64,000 bases of DNA from Phaeosaccion multiseriatum. Taxonomy: Eukaryota > Protista > Ochrophyta, other classes. Below, piece after piece: positions 27,009 to 39,223 of this stretch (the stretch's first letter is position 1; the number at the start of each line of letters is the position of its first letter). The notes below the pieces were generated by a model that saw nothing but the letters and a program-made list of their open reading frames with translations, did no database searches and had not been told where the DNA came from. The stretch spans positions 4,402,001-4,466,000 of the forward strand of contig OZ218951.1 in NCBI GenBank assembly GCA_965112735.1, in the 5' to 3' direction. A program made the position numbers and the translations under genes.

Positions 27009-28429
27009 AATAGTAGCAGTAGCAGTATGAGTGTCCGAAAAGGAAGGGAGCCCGCTGTGCCGCTAAATCGCAGCAGCAGCAGCAGCAACAACAACGACAG
27101 AACTTCCACCGTAGTACGCACTTCATCAACACCCGACTCGGCACCTTTGATAGGACCGGCGAGGCCCCCCCGGGATCGGCGACCTCGACCGTTCAACTCT
27201 CCACCACTGAGCGGGGGAGGAGCGAGGGGAGTAGGGCCACTGGGAGGAGGAGGAGACGGGGAGGTTGACTTCAAGGCTCTTGCACGAGGGAGCTTCAAAG
27301 GTCCAGCAGCAGCAGTAGCAGCAGTAACCGTTGATGATACATTAGCAGGAGCAGTAGCTACAGTCACGGCGGGGGAAGGTGGGAGAGGAGGGAGGGGGCA
27401 GGAGAGACGCGGAAGTGAGAGGAGCAAGATGAGCGGACGGGGGGAAGTGTTGCAGAACGAAGAAGAATCGAAGGTGAGGCGGAGGACGAGGAGTGTTGCT
27501 GCTGCTGTATCACCAAGCTGCTCTATCACCAACGGCTGCTGCTGCTGCTGCTGCTGCTGCCTCTTCCTCTCGTCACGTTATGCACTACTGTTGTGTGGTT
27601 GCTGTCCTGCTGCTGCTGCTGCTGCTACTGCTGCTACTGCTGCTGCCATGCTCCCTGGCTCCTGTACCACCAACTCCTGCTGACTCCATGACCCGCTCCA
27701 CTAACCTTGCTCCCCTCCTCCCTCCCTTCCTCTCTCCCTCCCTGCTCCTTTTCGATGGAATGGGAATGCATCTGAAACAAACATCTGAAACTGTCTGTCT
27801 GTCCGTCTGTCTATTCTCATTCATCGTGTGCTTGACGTGTGCTTGACAAGATAGATTTTCTCTGCCTGCAGACACGCTCGCTTGGAGGAGGTGCGCATGG
27901 CTCTCCAGACGGGCAAGGCTGACGTTACGCTGCAGGATGAGAGAGGCAATACCCTCCTCAACACGGCCGCCCAGAACGGCCACCAGGCTATTGCGAGGAT
28001 GCTCGTGAAGGAGTTCCATGCACCTCTGGAGACGCCCAATGTAAGTCTGTGTCTCTCTGTGTGTATTTGCGTGCCTGTGTGTATGTGTGTTTGTGTGTGT
28101 GCATGCTGTCTCTCCTCCTCTCTTCTCCTCCTCAAATGGTCTCTACATGTATATCCCCTCCCTCCCTCTCATCCCTCTCATCCCTCCCTCCCTCCCACCC
28201 TCCACCCTCCCTCCTTCCTCCCTCCCTCCCTCCCTCCCTCCCTCCCTCCCTCCCCTTGCCCCCTCCTCAGCACAAGGGCAACACGCCCCTCCACTTCTGC
28301 TTCTCCTACAGGCACGATGAGCTGCGCGACTTTCTCCTTCAGAGAGGGGCAAGGGACACCCTTCTCAATCAGGACGGCCTCACACCGCACGAAGGCATTT
28401 CCAGAGCGCACTTTGAAGCCTCCACATGA
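24326..28429 (+). CDS. RCC1-repeat (beta-propeller) protein with C-terminal ankyrin repeats
   Basis: About 7 RCC1 blades ([68 protein letters not shown]). Ankyrins [16 protein letters not shown] and [12 protein letters not shown]. About 7 exons. Confidence 0.85.
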
Positions 28430-30294
28430 CCATTTTACGCCATTGGTGTGGACAAGCCTCTCTCTCTCCATACATCTCTCTGTGCCTCTCCCTCCCTCTC
28501 TCTCTCTGCCTCTCTGTCTCTCCACGTGAGCGCCTCGGTATGACACGATGACATGACACGATTGATCGATTGGTCGTGGGAGGGAGGTGGTGAGTTGCTC
28601 TGTTTGAGCGACACCACACCACGCCACACCACACCACACACAGGGACACACATTGGATTGGATTTGGAACGTTGTGCCGTTCAGTGCTCCGCTGGGATCG
28701 TGTCGCGAGGAGGAATGGGTAATGAATGGCTTGACAGAGCACAGGATGGATCGGCTGATCGGCTGATCGGGGATGGGCACCCCCTTGCCTCGCCCCAGAG
28801 GAAGGAGAGGAGATGAGAAGAGAGAACAAAGTCAGCTGGTCAGCCGGTCAGCCGGTCAGACAGCTCAGCGGTAAGACCGCGACCCAGAGGAGCTCGGCTG
28901 AGGCGAAGAGGATGAATAGAGGACAAATGAGGGTGAGGCTGTGCTGCTCTGCTCTCAGCCATCACATCACAGAGGCTCTCGTGCTGGGCTTGGCGTGGTC
29001 GGCGCTGGCTCTGGCCGGGGCTTTGGTTTTCACCCATGGCTACTATGCTGGGGGAGCGCAGTGGAGCTGGCGGGTTGGTCTTTGCTTCCTTACGCTGCAG
29101 ATGAGCGACGGGGTGTGAGCTGCGGAGGGGGTGGGGAGGGGCACACAAATTGGAGAAAGTAAAAAGCGCCTCCTATTCAAGGAAGGTGATTTGAGTTTGT
29201 GCTTCTGCGGCACCGACGCTGCATGTTGGGCTGTTCGACAGGGGGAGGTGAGGAGGGGGGAGATCTGGCGACAAAAGGGACCGACCCTTGACCCTTTTTT
29301 GGCTCTCTCTCACCGACCGGGAAGCGAGGAGAGCCGGGGAGGAGATGAGGCCTCTTATTGGCTCCTGGGACAGACGGACAAGACAGACAGAACCGAGAGA
29401 CAGACAGTCAGACGAGCTTCAGTTAAACGTTCTTCGCTTTGATCTGTTGCTCTTTTTGCGGTGATAGAGTGTCCGTGTGTGGTGCACAAGGGGGGTGCGA
29501 GAGGGATGGGACAAGAAGCAAGAGTGAGTGACGACCGATCGACTGGTGATCCATGGGAAGGCACAAGCAATCGATCTATCGGTGATTCAAGAGGAGAACA
29601 GATGAGGAGATGGACTGGACCGGACTGGAGAGAAGAGAAGAGAAGAGACAAATACGCGCACCTGTGTGAACTAAACGATCATCACGTGGAAGAACGGGGG
29701 GGGGCTCTAAAAGACTCACTACTACTACGAAGTACTAACTACTAAAGGTGGAGCTGCATGGCAGCTGCCTGCCCCACAGGGAATGAGAGAGAGAGTGAGA
29801 GATGTACCAAAAGGTTCCAAGTAGGGAGCAGCAGGCGGTAAGGCGTGCAGGTTTGGGGATGTCTTTTGTATGATTTTCTTATATACATGGGGAGACCCTT
29901 TCTCCACTGGTACTGCGTACTGCAGTTGCTCTCCTTCCCCTCCACGGTGAAGCTGGACTGAGCTGCCCTCCTCTGCCCTCACCATCCTACTACTGTACCA
30001 CCAACTGCTGCTGCTGCTGCTGCTGCTGCTTGCTGTAGAGAAAGCCACTGAAGAGAAGAGAAGAGAGTGGGCCAAACGCCCAACAATGACTACAGTCTCT
30101 GTCTCTCCGCATACGCACCCACCCTCTTTATAAGACGTCATTCGTCCCGTCCGGTCCCCCGTCACCCCCCCTGCCTCTCTCAATGCTCTTCTTACAGTGC
30201 CTTTCGTCGAGTCGCAATGTTCAATGCCAAGCAATCTCCATGCTTAGCTCCAAGGCCTCCCCCTTGCCCTTGCCCTTGCCCATGCCCATATGCC

Positions 30295-31774
30295 TTACGT
30301 CTTTCTCTTCTTGTCTGCTGCGGGCAAGATGACTTTATTCCAATCTTTGTACTCTCGCCGTCCGTACTGAATGTCTGTCAACAGTGCCCAAGCCCGGTAT
30401 GCCAGACTGCTAGAGCCAGAGGAGGAGGAGGAAGAGGAGGAAGAGGATGCTGACCCCTCTGCTGCGGCTGCTGCCTTGGCGCCCCACTTTCCGGTGGGTA
30501 CATGTATATCCTCTCCCATGTAACTGAGGCCGCTGATGGGCACGATGATGGCCGCAGTCCCCGTGCAAAACGCCTCCTGTTGGGGAGGGAGAGAGGGAGA
30601 GGGGAGGGATGGGCATATCCCCAAGGTATGTTAGAGGAGGAGGACACATTCGCACACACACACATACACACACGCGGGCACACAGACAGACATGCACAAA
30701 CAGAGACACACAGAGACATACAGATACACACACTCAAATACACACCGCACACACTCACACTCCTGCCTGATGCCTCTGCCGCACCACTCACAATAAGCTT
30801 GCCCTTTACGGCTGCATCTTGCACTTCCTTCATGGAAATATCCCTCTCGGAAACCTTGCTGATCCTCCCTTTCCCCTCTACCCCGGTGGTATCGTCATCC
30901 AAAGCGTGCTCACGAGCGAGGTCTAACACGGACTGCCGCGTTACCCCTGGATGGTGGTGATACAACAGGCAGGGCAGAAAGAGGGGGGGCGGGGGGGGTG
31001 GGCGGAGGGAGAGAGAGGAAGAGAGACGAGAGAAGGAGATAGGGGAGGAGAAAGGGTAAGAGAGAGAGGGAGAGAGAAAGACTGTGTGTGAGGGAGTGAG
31101 GGAGGGAGAGATGAAAGCTCTGCCCCCCCAAGCTTATCCACTCTAGGACAGGACTCGAGTCCCTAGGACTGGAGCCCGAGTCGACCACCCCCCCTCCTTG
31201 TGGCCGTACTGCTGACCTGGCAAGATGAGCTCTCTGTCGAGCGAAGGGGTGACAAGTTCGCGCTGCCCCTCCTCATTCTCGATCACGAAGAACACATTCA
31301 TAGCGCCGCCTAGTAACAACGCAAGGAGAAGGAGATAGAGAGGGAGAGAAGAGAGAGAGAGAGAATGGGTGTGGGTATGATTGCTCTACTCCACCCCTTC
31401 CAACTCCCTTCACTTTGGCGAAGAGGGAAAGAGGGAGAGAGAGACAGATGAAGAGGGGAAGAAAGAGATAGAGAGACCTATACACCTTAACCCCCCTAAC
31501 CCCCCTTACCTTCAGTGATGAGGTGGTCGTCCCCGAAGAGCCACAGAACCTGTGCACATCCGTGCGAGCGAGCAGCCGCTGCCGCGGGCATGATTCTAAC
31601 ATGTAGGGCAAGGGGGGGGGGGAGGAGGAAGGGAGGGGATGGGGGGCAAGCGCGGTTTGCGTGTGCGTTGCGTGCGTGGTCAGATGGTGCCAAGTCATTA
31701 ATCACTGACTTACGAATTGCAAGAAATATCGAAACATTGGCGCGCCCTCTCTCTCACTCTCTCTCTCACTCTCG

Positions 31775-31851
<77 letters not shown>

Positions 31852-34495
31852 GCTTACCCTGGAGCGTAGTTTGCACCCGCCTTGGCAAAGCCAATTCCCC
31901 CTGGCCACGCGCGCACCTGTTAGTATCACATGGGTACAAAAAATGGAGAGCAGTTGGTGATACAGCGGCGGCGGTAGCAGCAGTAGCAGCAGCAGGATAG
32001 ATGGATGGATGAGAGGGCAGTTCAAGATGGGATGGGTGGATGAGAGGGTAGCTCAAGATGGGACAGAGTAGACCGAGAAAAGGTCACACCACCAAGCCTG
32101 AGAAAACATTGCTTGGGGGGGATACGTAAGACTACGTTTGTTGTTTGTGTGTCTTACGTGTTTTGTGTCTGCGTAGAGCTTGACCGGTTTGATGCCCTCT
32201 TTGAAGTAAGGCCCAGCGGGGCTCAGCAGCACGAACAGCTTCACCTTTGAGGTAGGGAGGGAGGGAGGAAGGGAGGGATGGGGGGAGGGGTGGGTGAAGG
32301 AGGGAGTGGAAGAGGGAGAGGGAGTGAGTGAGCGAGTGAGTGAGTGAGTGAGTGAGTGAGTAAGTGAGTGAGTGAGTGAGTGAGCGAGAGAGAGACTGAG
32401 TGAGGGAAGGAGGGGGTGAGCGAGTGAGTGAGAAGGGAGTAAATAAGTCAGCATGACCAGTTTCATCTAACCTTGTCGCACGCAGTCACGCCAAGGTTCT
32501 CCTGCGAGGGGGTGGGTTGGGGGTGAGGGTGGAGGGTGAGCGCGAGAGAAGAGCGTGGGCCCGGCGACTGGACTAAGCTGTTGTGGCGCCTCCTCCCCGT
32601 CTTCCCCCCCTCTCTTTCTCTCCCCTCTCCCTCCTTCCTCTCTCCTGTCCCGCCTCTTGTCTCTCTTTTCTGTTCCATCTCGATCGAACGCTTCTTCCTT
32701 CTGCCAGTCAAGTCACTCACGTTGGATCCGATGGCGGTGGGTCTAATGTAGAGGGAGAAGCCGTCCCCCTCAGGTATCCACGACTCGTCCGCACTCAACA
32801 GCTCCTTCAGCAACTGCGTTGTGTGTGAGAGGGAGAGAGAGAGAGCGAGCGAGAGAGAGATGGTGAGCATAAGTGAGTCAGCAGGGGGGGGGGCGAGGTG
32901 AGAGAGAGTGTGTGCGCATGTGTGCGCGTGTCCGTGTGTGTGCGTGTGTATGTGAGAGACAGTGAATGGTGTGTCTGATTGACTGACCGACCGCCTGACT
33001 GACTGCCTGACACCAGGCACTGACTACCTGACTGATACCAGGTACTGACTGACTGACCTCCAGGAAGGCGTCGGCATCCACTGGGGGCATGTGAAGGCGC
33101 GCTAGGGTGGTGTTGAAGCGCTTAAGGTTAAGCTCAGGTCGGAACAGGCGGACGTTTCCCTCGGCGTCTTTGAAGGCCTGGTCACAGGCGAAGGGAGAGC
33201 ACGACCAGTAGAGCAGGAGAGCAAGAGCAGCGCAGGAGCAGCAGCGGCCGCAGTAGCAGTGGCAGTACGTGAGTGTTACTGGCGAGGAATTGGTGGGTTG
33301 AGTGGGGCTAGTGTACTACACACATAGAGAGAGAGGGAGAGCGTAAGAGAGAGAGATAAAGATCGAGGGATAGAGAGAGCAGGAGAGGGCATCTCCCACC
33401 GACCTTGAGGCCCTCGAAGCAAGTGAGGCCGTAGTGCAGCACGGAGGCGGCAGGGCTCAATGACATATTCTGTTCGTATTCGAAAGGGGGGGGGGGGGGG
33501 CAACCTGTCAATCACCTAGAAGCGGAAACACAAAGATGAAGCAGGCCAAGCTGAGCTCGATGAAGGCCAAAGGGGCAGTTCGGTTCTTGTAAGAAGAGGA
33601 GCGAGGTGGGAGGCACAGGTAGAGGGTTTCCGCTAACATCCGTCTGCAGCATCCATCTGGCAGAGGAGAGTGCAGAGGAATAGGTGCAAATGGCAGCACT
33701 AGCCCTCCTGGATCGAACCGACCAGCTTCCTGTACTACGTATACGCTATGCAGGGTATATAAGATACGTGGCCTGCGCCTTTCGCCTCACCTGATAGGGC
33801 TTGATGGCGGGTGCGTGGAAGCCCGTCTTATTGTCCCAGTCCACCTCCAGCATGTGGTCGGTGAATGTGCGGCCAAAGACGAGGCTGCGGCGCACGGGGG
33901 GGTGGGGGGCAGGACAAGCGGGGAGGTGGACGGGGACACACAACAAAACAAGCACAAACGAGTTGATTGATTGAGTTGGTGAGCGAGGGACAAAGAGCAG
34001 TAGAGGGTGGGTACTTGTAGGATTGATCAGAGGGCCCCTCATCGTCTTGGACCTCGTCTCGTTCCTCCCTCACTGCCTCCCTCTTCACTCACTCCTTGGC
34101 CGCCGGATGGGGCTTTCGCTTTTTTGCCAAGCAAATGCTCAGTTGGGAAGGGTCCAGCCCAGGTAAACTGCAGAGAGAAGAGAGGAGGAAGGGAGCGTAA
34201 GCGGAAAGGCAAAAGAAAAAGCATGGCAAAGAAGCTTAACGCTTAACTGTTCGAAGGGCTGGTACTCCTGCTCCGCTTGTGCCAGCACCAAGCTGCGAGT
34301 AGAGAAAGGCCTCCGCCGGCTGGACGCTCCTGCCTCTCCTCCTCGTCCGACTGCGCCACTTCCCCCCCCGGTAGTAGGGAACCCTTCCGCCTCCAAGCCA
34401 GCTTCAGTCGAAGTGAAGGTCGCCGCCGTGAGAAACAAGAGCCGTGGAAACAGCGCATTCGTCCCACTTGCACCTCTGCGCACCAGTCCATGCAT
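30295..34495 (-). CDS. BCAT: Branched-chain amino acid aminotransferase (class IV PLP), mitochondrial-type leader
   Basis: Motifs LVFGRTFTDHML, LHYGLTCFEGLKA, RLFRPELN, SLYIRP, RAWPGGIGFAKAGANY (catalytic Lys), GCAQVLWL, ITEGGAMN, ILPGVTRQS and EAFCTGTAA across ~13 exons. Confidence 0.95.
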
Positions 34496-34732
34496 GATCG
34501 ACTCTTCCTGCTAGATATCTGCCTTAGAGGAGCTTGATCGTCGCTCCTTCCCTACGGTATAAGCACAAAAGCAAAGGCACCACAGGGAACATTGTTCAAG
34601 GTTGAGGCAGTAAGGCAATGGCCCAATCATAAGCATTCGAGATCCATCCGTTACCGTTACCCCGCCGATCTGTATCCCTTGTCCTGAGAGAGTGTCTGCG
34701 CTTCCTCTCGTTAAGGTCCAGTCCATTCGAGA

Positions 34733-36561
34733 ATGGCTTCAGTAAGAGCAGTAGGGGTCGCTGGACCAGCGCAAAGGCGGAGAAGGCTTCGCCAACAAGT
34801 AGAGTCCATCGCTGAGGGTGCGAGGTCACCACATGGATCAAGAAATGGCTTGCGGAGGATTCGAGGGAGAGGGAGTGCCCTGACCCTGATGTCGCTTCTA
34901 ATTGCCGTGGTTCTGCTCGCCCCAGAGCTTTGCGAAGCTCGAATGACTACCATCAAGCCCAAGAAGGGAGACGTAGACGCATCAGAGCGCCACAAGTTCA
35001 TCCACAATGGTGAGGGGGGGTAATCTGGCGTTTGTAAGGTTTGGATCACAGGTCAGCGCCAAGATCAGAAAACCAGTCATCGCTATCAAGGCGAGGTGGG
35101 CGCTACCTCATTCTAATCACAGCGCTGGTAGAGTGGGGGTATTCAGGGGTGCGGCCTGGCTCTTGGTGGGGGCAATCCGTGGTTCAGCATAGGCCCCCGA
35201 CGGGGGAGAGACTCCCAGCCCCAAATCGTATTGTCGCTTTACCCTGTTCCACCGATCTCCTACCCCTCCTGCTGTTCCTCCTTCTCCCCCTCTTTCCTCC
35301 CTACATCCACGTCATCAGGGGAAGAGTTTGACAAAGCCCCCAATCTTTTTGACGTGAACGGAGAGCTCAAGATGTTGCCGGAGGTCGAGTCCATACTGGA
35401 CTTTGGTGAAGTGGTGTGGGCCTACGATGACAAGGGCAAGGAGGCACTGAGGAGCAGTAGACCGTGGGGGCGGGTGAGTTGTCAAGTCCCTCTGGCCCCC
35501 ATCCCCTCACCACGCGCGCGTTTACCCCACATGGCGGCTGGCTACTGATAGCTGCTGGTGCTGGTGCTGCTGGTGCTGCTGCTACCACTGCCGTGTGCCC
35601 TCCTCCTCCATCAATTCCCTCGTTCCTTCCCTCACGTAGGTTTACGCGGAGGGGTGGCCCAATCCCATTCAATACCTACGAGGCACCTTCGGTGGCCCCC
35701 CTCCCTCAGGCTCGGTGCCGCTGATGATGGCAGAGCCCCCTGACGCCTGCGGGGCACTCACCAACGCAAAGGACATTGTAGCTAAGGGAGGTGTGGCGGT
35801 GGCTTACAGAGGGACGTGCACATACGGCACCAAGGTAAGATGGGAGTAGAGGAGAGGTGGGGGGAGAAAGTGAGAAGGCGAGGGAGAGATCGAGAGGGAG
35901 GTAGAGAGGGAAAGATAGAGGAGAGAGCGAGCAAGAGGTAATGAAGTGTAGAGAGAGAGAAACAGAGAGAGACTGTGGTACTGTACTATCCTTCCTTCCC
36001 GATCAGCCCTCCCTGAAGGCCACCCTGAGACCTCTCTCTCTCCCTGCCTCACTCACTCGCCTCAGTGTGACCCGACTCGCCCAATTGATTGGACATCCAA
36101 CGAGGGTGTGCTAAACTCACCCACAAAGCCCCCCCACCAACACCCACCCACCCACACCTCTCTCTCTCTCTCTGTCTCTCTCTCGCTACCCCAGGCCTCG
36201 AATGTGGAGGAGGCGGGTGTGCGTGGGCTGCTCATCGTGAATAATGAGGTGGGCAACCTCCACCCCCCCATGCCCGATGCACCGCACATCAGCATCTTCG
36301 TTGGCATGATGACGCAGGGGGAGGGGGAGGCTCTTGCCGGCTTCGTCAAGAGGGAGGATATCGAGGCTCACTTGGTGCCGATGGCGTGTCACGTCAAGAA
36401 CAAGGTATGGCAATGGGGCCTTTCTCTTGTCCAGGGGTAGCTAACTACTTTTTCTCACATGCGTGTTGTAAGTTAAACGTCCTCGCGTCGGTCTTTCCTC
36501 ACACACGCACACACGCACGCACACTCTCTCTCGCTCACTCGGTCTCTCTCTTAAATATACG

Positions 36562-36592
<31 letters not shown>

Positions 36593-36600
36593 ACACACAG

Positions 36601-36633
<33 letters not shown>

Positions 36634-38653
36634 GGCGGCACCGGTGGTGAGCTCTGCATCCCCTGTACAGAGGCGGACACACAGGCTGTGAAGGACATGG
36701 CCTACGGAGGAGTCATGGAGGTGGGTGCGTGCGTGGTGATTCCTACAATGGCCTGCGACATATGTAGTAGGTATTGCAGCTCCATGACGAAGGGGCGCCA
36801 CGCAGCAAGAGGCTTCACACTCACTGCCTCTCGATTGCCTCTCGACTGCCCTGAGGCACTCTGAGGTGCTCTCAGTGTCTCTCATCGCAACGCCCCTGTT
36901 TGCTCATCCCTGCCTGTCTACCTGCCCACCTGCTTGCCTGTTCGCCTACCTGTTGTCGTTTCCCTTTGTTGTGGTGCCATTTTATGTCGTATGCATGGAT
37001 GCAAACCTTGGTTCATGGAAATCATGGATGTGACTTTCACACGGTGTAAAATGTGCTGCACCGCGTGCTGCACCAGTTTCAAGAAGGGAACACCACCCCA
37101 GATGCTTCTCCACTACCCCTGCGCTCCTCGGAATACCTCATCGCCACGTACGGCTCCAAGCCGTTACAAGAGGCATACTCTGTAACCGTAGCCCGGCCCC
37201 TGGACGCCTGCGGGGACCTTGAGGGGGGGGAGGACTCACCCCTCAGAGGGAAGATGGTGATCGTGGAGAGGGGAGGGTGCAGCTTTATAGACAAGACGGA
37301 GCGGGTCGCAAAAGCAGGTAGGGAGGTTTGTCTATGTGTGTGCGTGCGTCTCTCTGGGTGTGTGTGTGTGTCTCTCTCTCTCTGTGTGTGGGCGCCTCTC
37401 TCTTTTATCTGTCAGTCTGTGTTTGTGTGTGTGCGCGTGAAGGGAGGGCGGGGTGTGTGTGTGCGCGCGTGTTTGTGTGTACGTGTGTTCCTATCCCACC
37501 TTGCTTTGGTCTATCTTCTAAGCAGTGTCGGTCGGTACGCACGCTAACTCGCCTCTGCCCCCCCCCCCTCCCCCCCCCTCACCTCCCCTCCTTCCTCCCC
37601 CCCATCCACTGCCATCCCTTGCCTCTTCCTGCCTGGCAGGCGGTGCGGGCATGATCATGTCCAACTCTGAAGAGCTGCTCTTCCGTGTGGGGTGTGAGCC
37701 TCAGTACAGGGGATACGATGTCGATATTCCGGTAGTGCTCGTGCCGCTCAGTGCCAAGGCCTCCCTTCAAGAGTGAGTGTGAATACAAAACGTGTTTGTG
37801 TGTGTGTGTGTGTGTGTGTGCGTGTACGTTTTGGGAGGGAATCGCTGCATGAATGGTGAATGTAAAGACTTTCTGGGTAAACTGGCAACGCAAGTGCCAT
37901 GGGCAGCATCTAACGAGTGTGTGTGTGCGTGTATGTGTGTTTGTGCGTGTGTGTGTGCGTGTGCCTGTGTGTGTGCGTGTGCGTGCGCTTCCTTGCTTTT
38001 CACAGGCTGGCGACGCGCGAGGGAGGGTCCGTGCGCTTCTCCCCCAATGAGCACGTAACGGCCGAGGTATGGACGGAGCTCTTCGATCTTCACAAGAGCA
38101 GCAGCAGGGGCAAAGGCAAAGGCGATGGCAATGGCAATGGCGACGGCGACGACAGCAGCAGAGCAGCAACGTGAGTGAGAGGTAGTTAGAGAGGGAGGGA
38201 GGGAGGAGTGAGCCAGTGGGTGATTGAGTGGGTGAGTAAGATGGTGTCGCTCACGTCTTACTGCTGCTGGAGGACTATAGCTGCAGGGATGTATGGACAT
38301 GAGGAGAGAGAGCAGGGGAAAGAGGGAGAAAGATACCGCTCTCCGCACACTGTAGTAGCCACGTGTATTGTTGTAGTCAGCGCTTGCCTCTGTTACCTCT
38401 CCCTCTCCCTCTCCCTTACCCTAACTCTCTCTCTCGGTCTATCGGCCTCTCTTCTCTCCCTCCCTCTCTCTGCCGCCTTCCTTGCCCCACCCCACCACAC
38501 CCCACCCTACCCTACCCCACTCTGCCCTACCCCGTTCGCCTACCTTTACTTGCTACGCCCGCTCTGTGCTTGCCCTTCCTCTTTCGCGTTGTCGTGCTTG
38601 CAATGTTTTGACGGTTTCATGTTGGCCTTCACAACGCTGCTGCGCAAACGCTT

Positions 38654-38693
<40 letters not shown>

Positions 38694-38802
38694 CGGGCCA
38701 AGCGGCAAGAGCAAGGCGGAGCATTTGTCCGAAGCCCGGAAGGCCGGCTTTGAGCAGCGAGTCGCTCTGCTCCAGGAAGCAGAGGTGCTTGCCAGCAGCT
38801 AG
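34733..38802 (+). CDS. Secreted/luminal protein with two protease-associated (PA) domains
   Basis: Signal-like MSLLIAVVLLAPELCEA (alternative ATG at 34889). PA1: PPDACGAL...VAYRGTCTYGTKASNVEEAGVRGLLIVNN. PA2: PLDACGDL...LRGKMVIVERGGCSFIDKTERVAKAGGAGMIMSN...DIPVVLV. About 9 exons. Confidence 0.75.
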
Positions 38803-38933
38803 AGGCACATGGTGCAGCAGCTAGAGGCAATGGGACATCAGTTACAGGCGTTATGGGCCAGCAGCTAGAGGTACATGGTGCAGCAGCTAGAGGCAATGGG
38901 ACATCAGTTACAGGCGTATGGGCCAGCAGCTAG
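38791..38933 (+). repeat. ~66-bp tandem repeat (2.2 copies) overlapping the predicted PA-gene stop codon
   Basis: Unit gccagcagctagagg(c/t)acatggtgcagcagctagaggcaatgggacatcagttacaggcgt(t)atgg. Confidence 0.95.
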
Positions 38934-39223
38934 CTGCACTCATGTTTTGCACAAAGTGTGCTGCGTGTGCCGCGCCCGTTTTTTTTTTTTTTTTTTTTGT
39001 CTATTCGCTTATATATCATAATCGAACCTTTACACATGGGGAATCAACCACCTGGAGATCGACCGTCTCCCCCTCTATCGAAGGAGTGCCGATGTGCTCA
39101 AGCATCCTTCTCTCCCTCTCGCCCACGCCCTCGACTCCCTGTCGCTCCTCCCTCTGCTTGACTGTATGACTGGCTCGAGACTGCCCGTTTTCCTTCTCAA
39201 CACTGCAAGTGGTGAGCTTATCA

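Noticed and set aside
24326-28429. UVR8 photoreceptor
   Set aside because: The RCC1 blades lack the GWRHT tryptophan motifs (GRKHT, GRHHS and GGAHT instead), and the protein carries C-terminal ankyrins.
28813-29118. Small hydrophobic ORF between the RCC1 and BCAT genes
   Set aside because: No recognisable motif or splice support. It lies in a convergent 3'/intergenic region.
31486-31510. Telomere-like ccctaa repeats
   Set aside because: Only two degenerate units within a C-rich intron.
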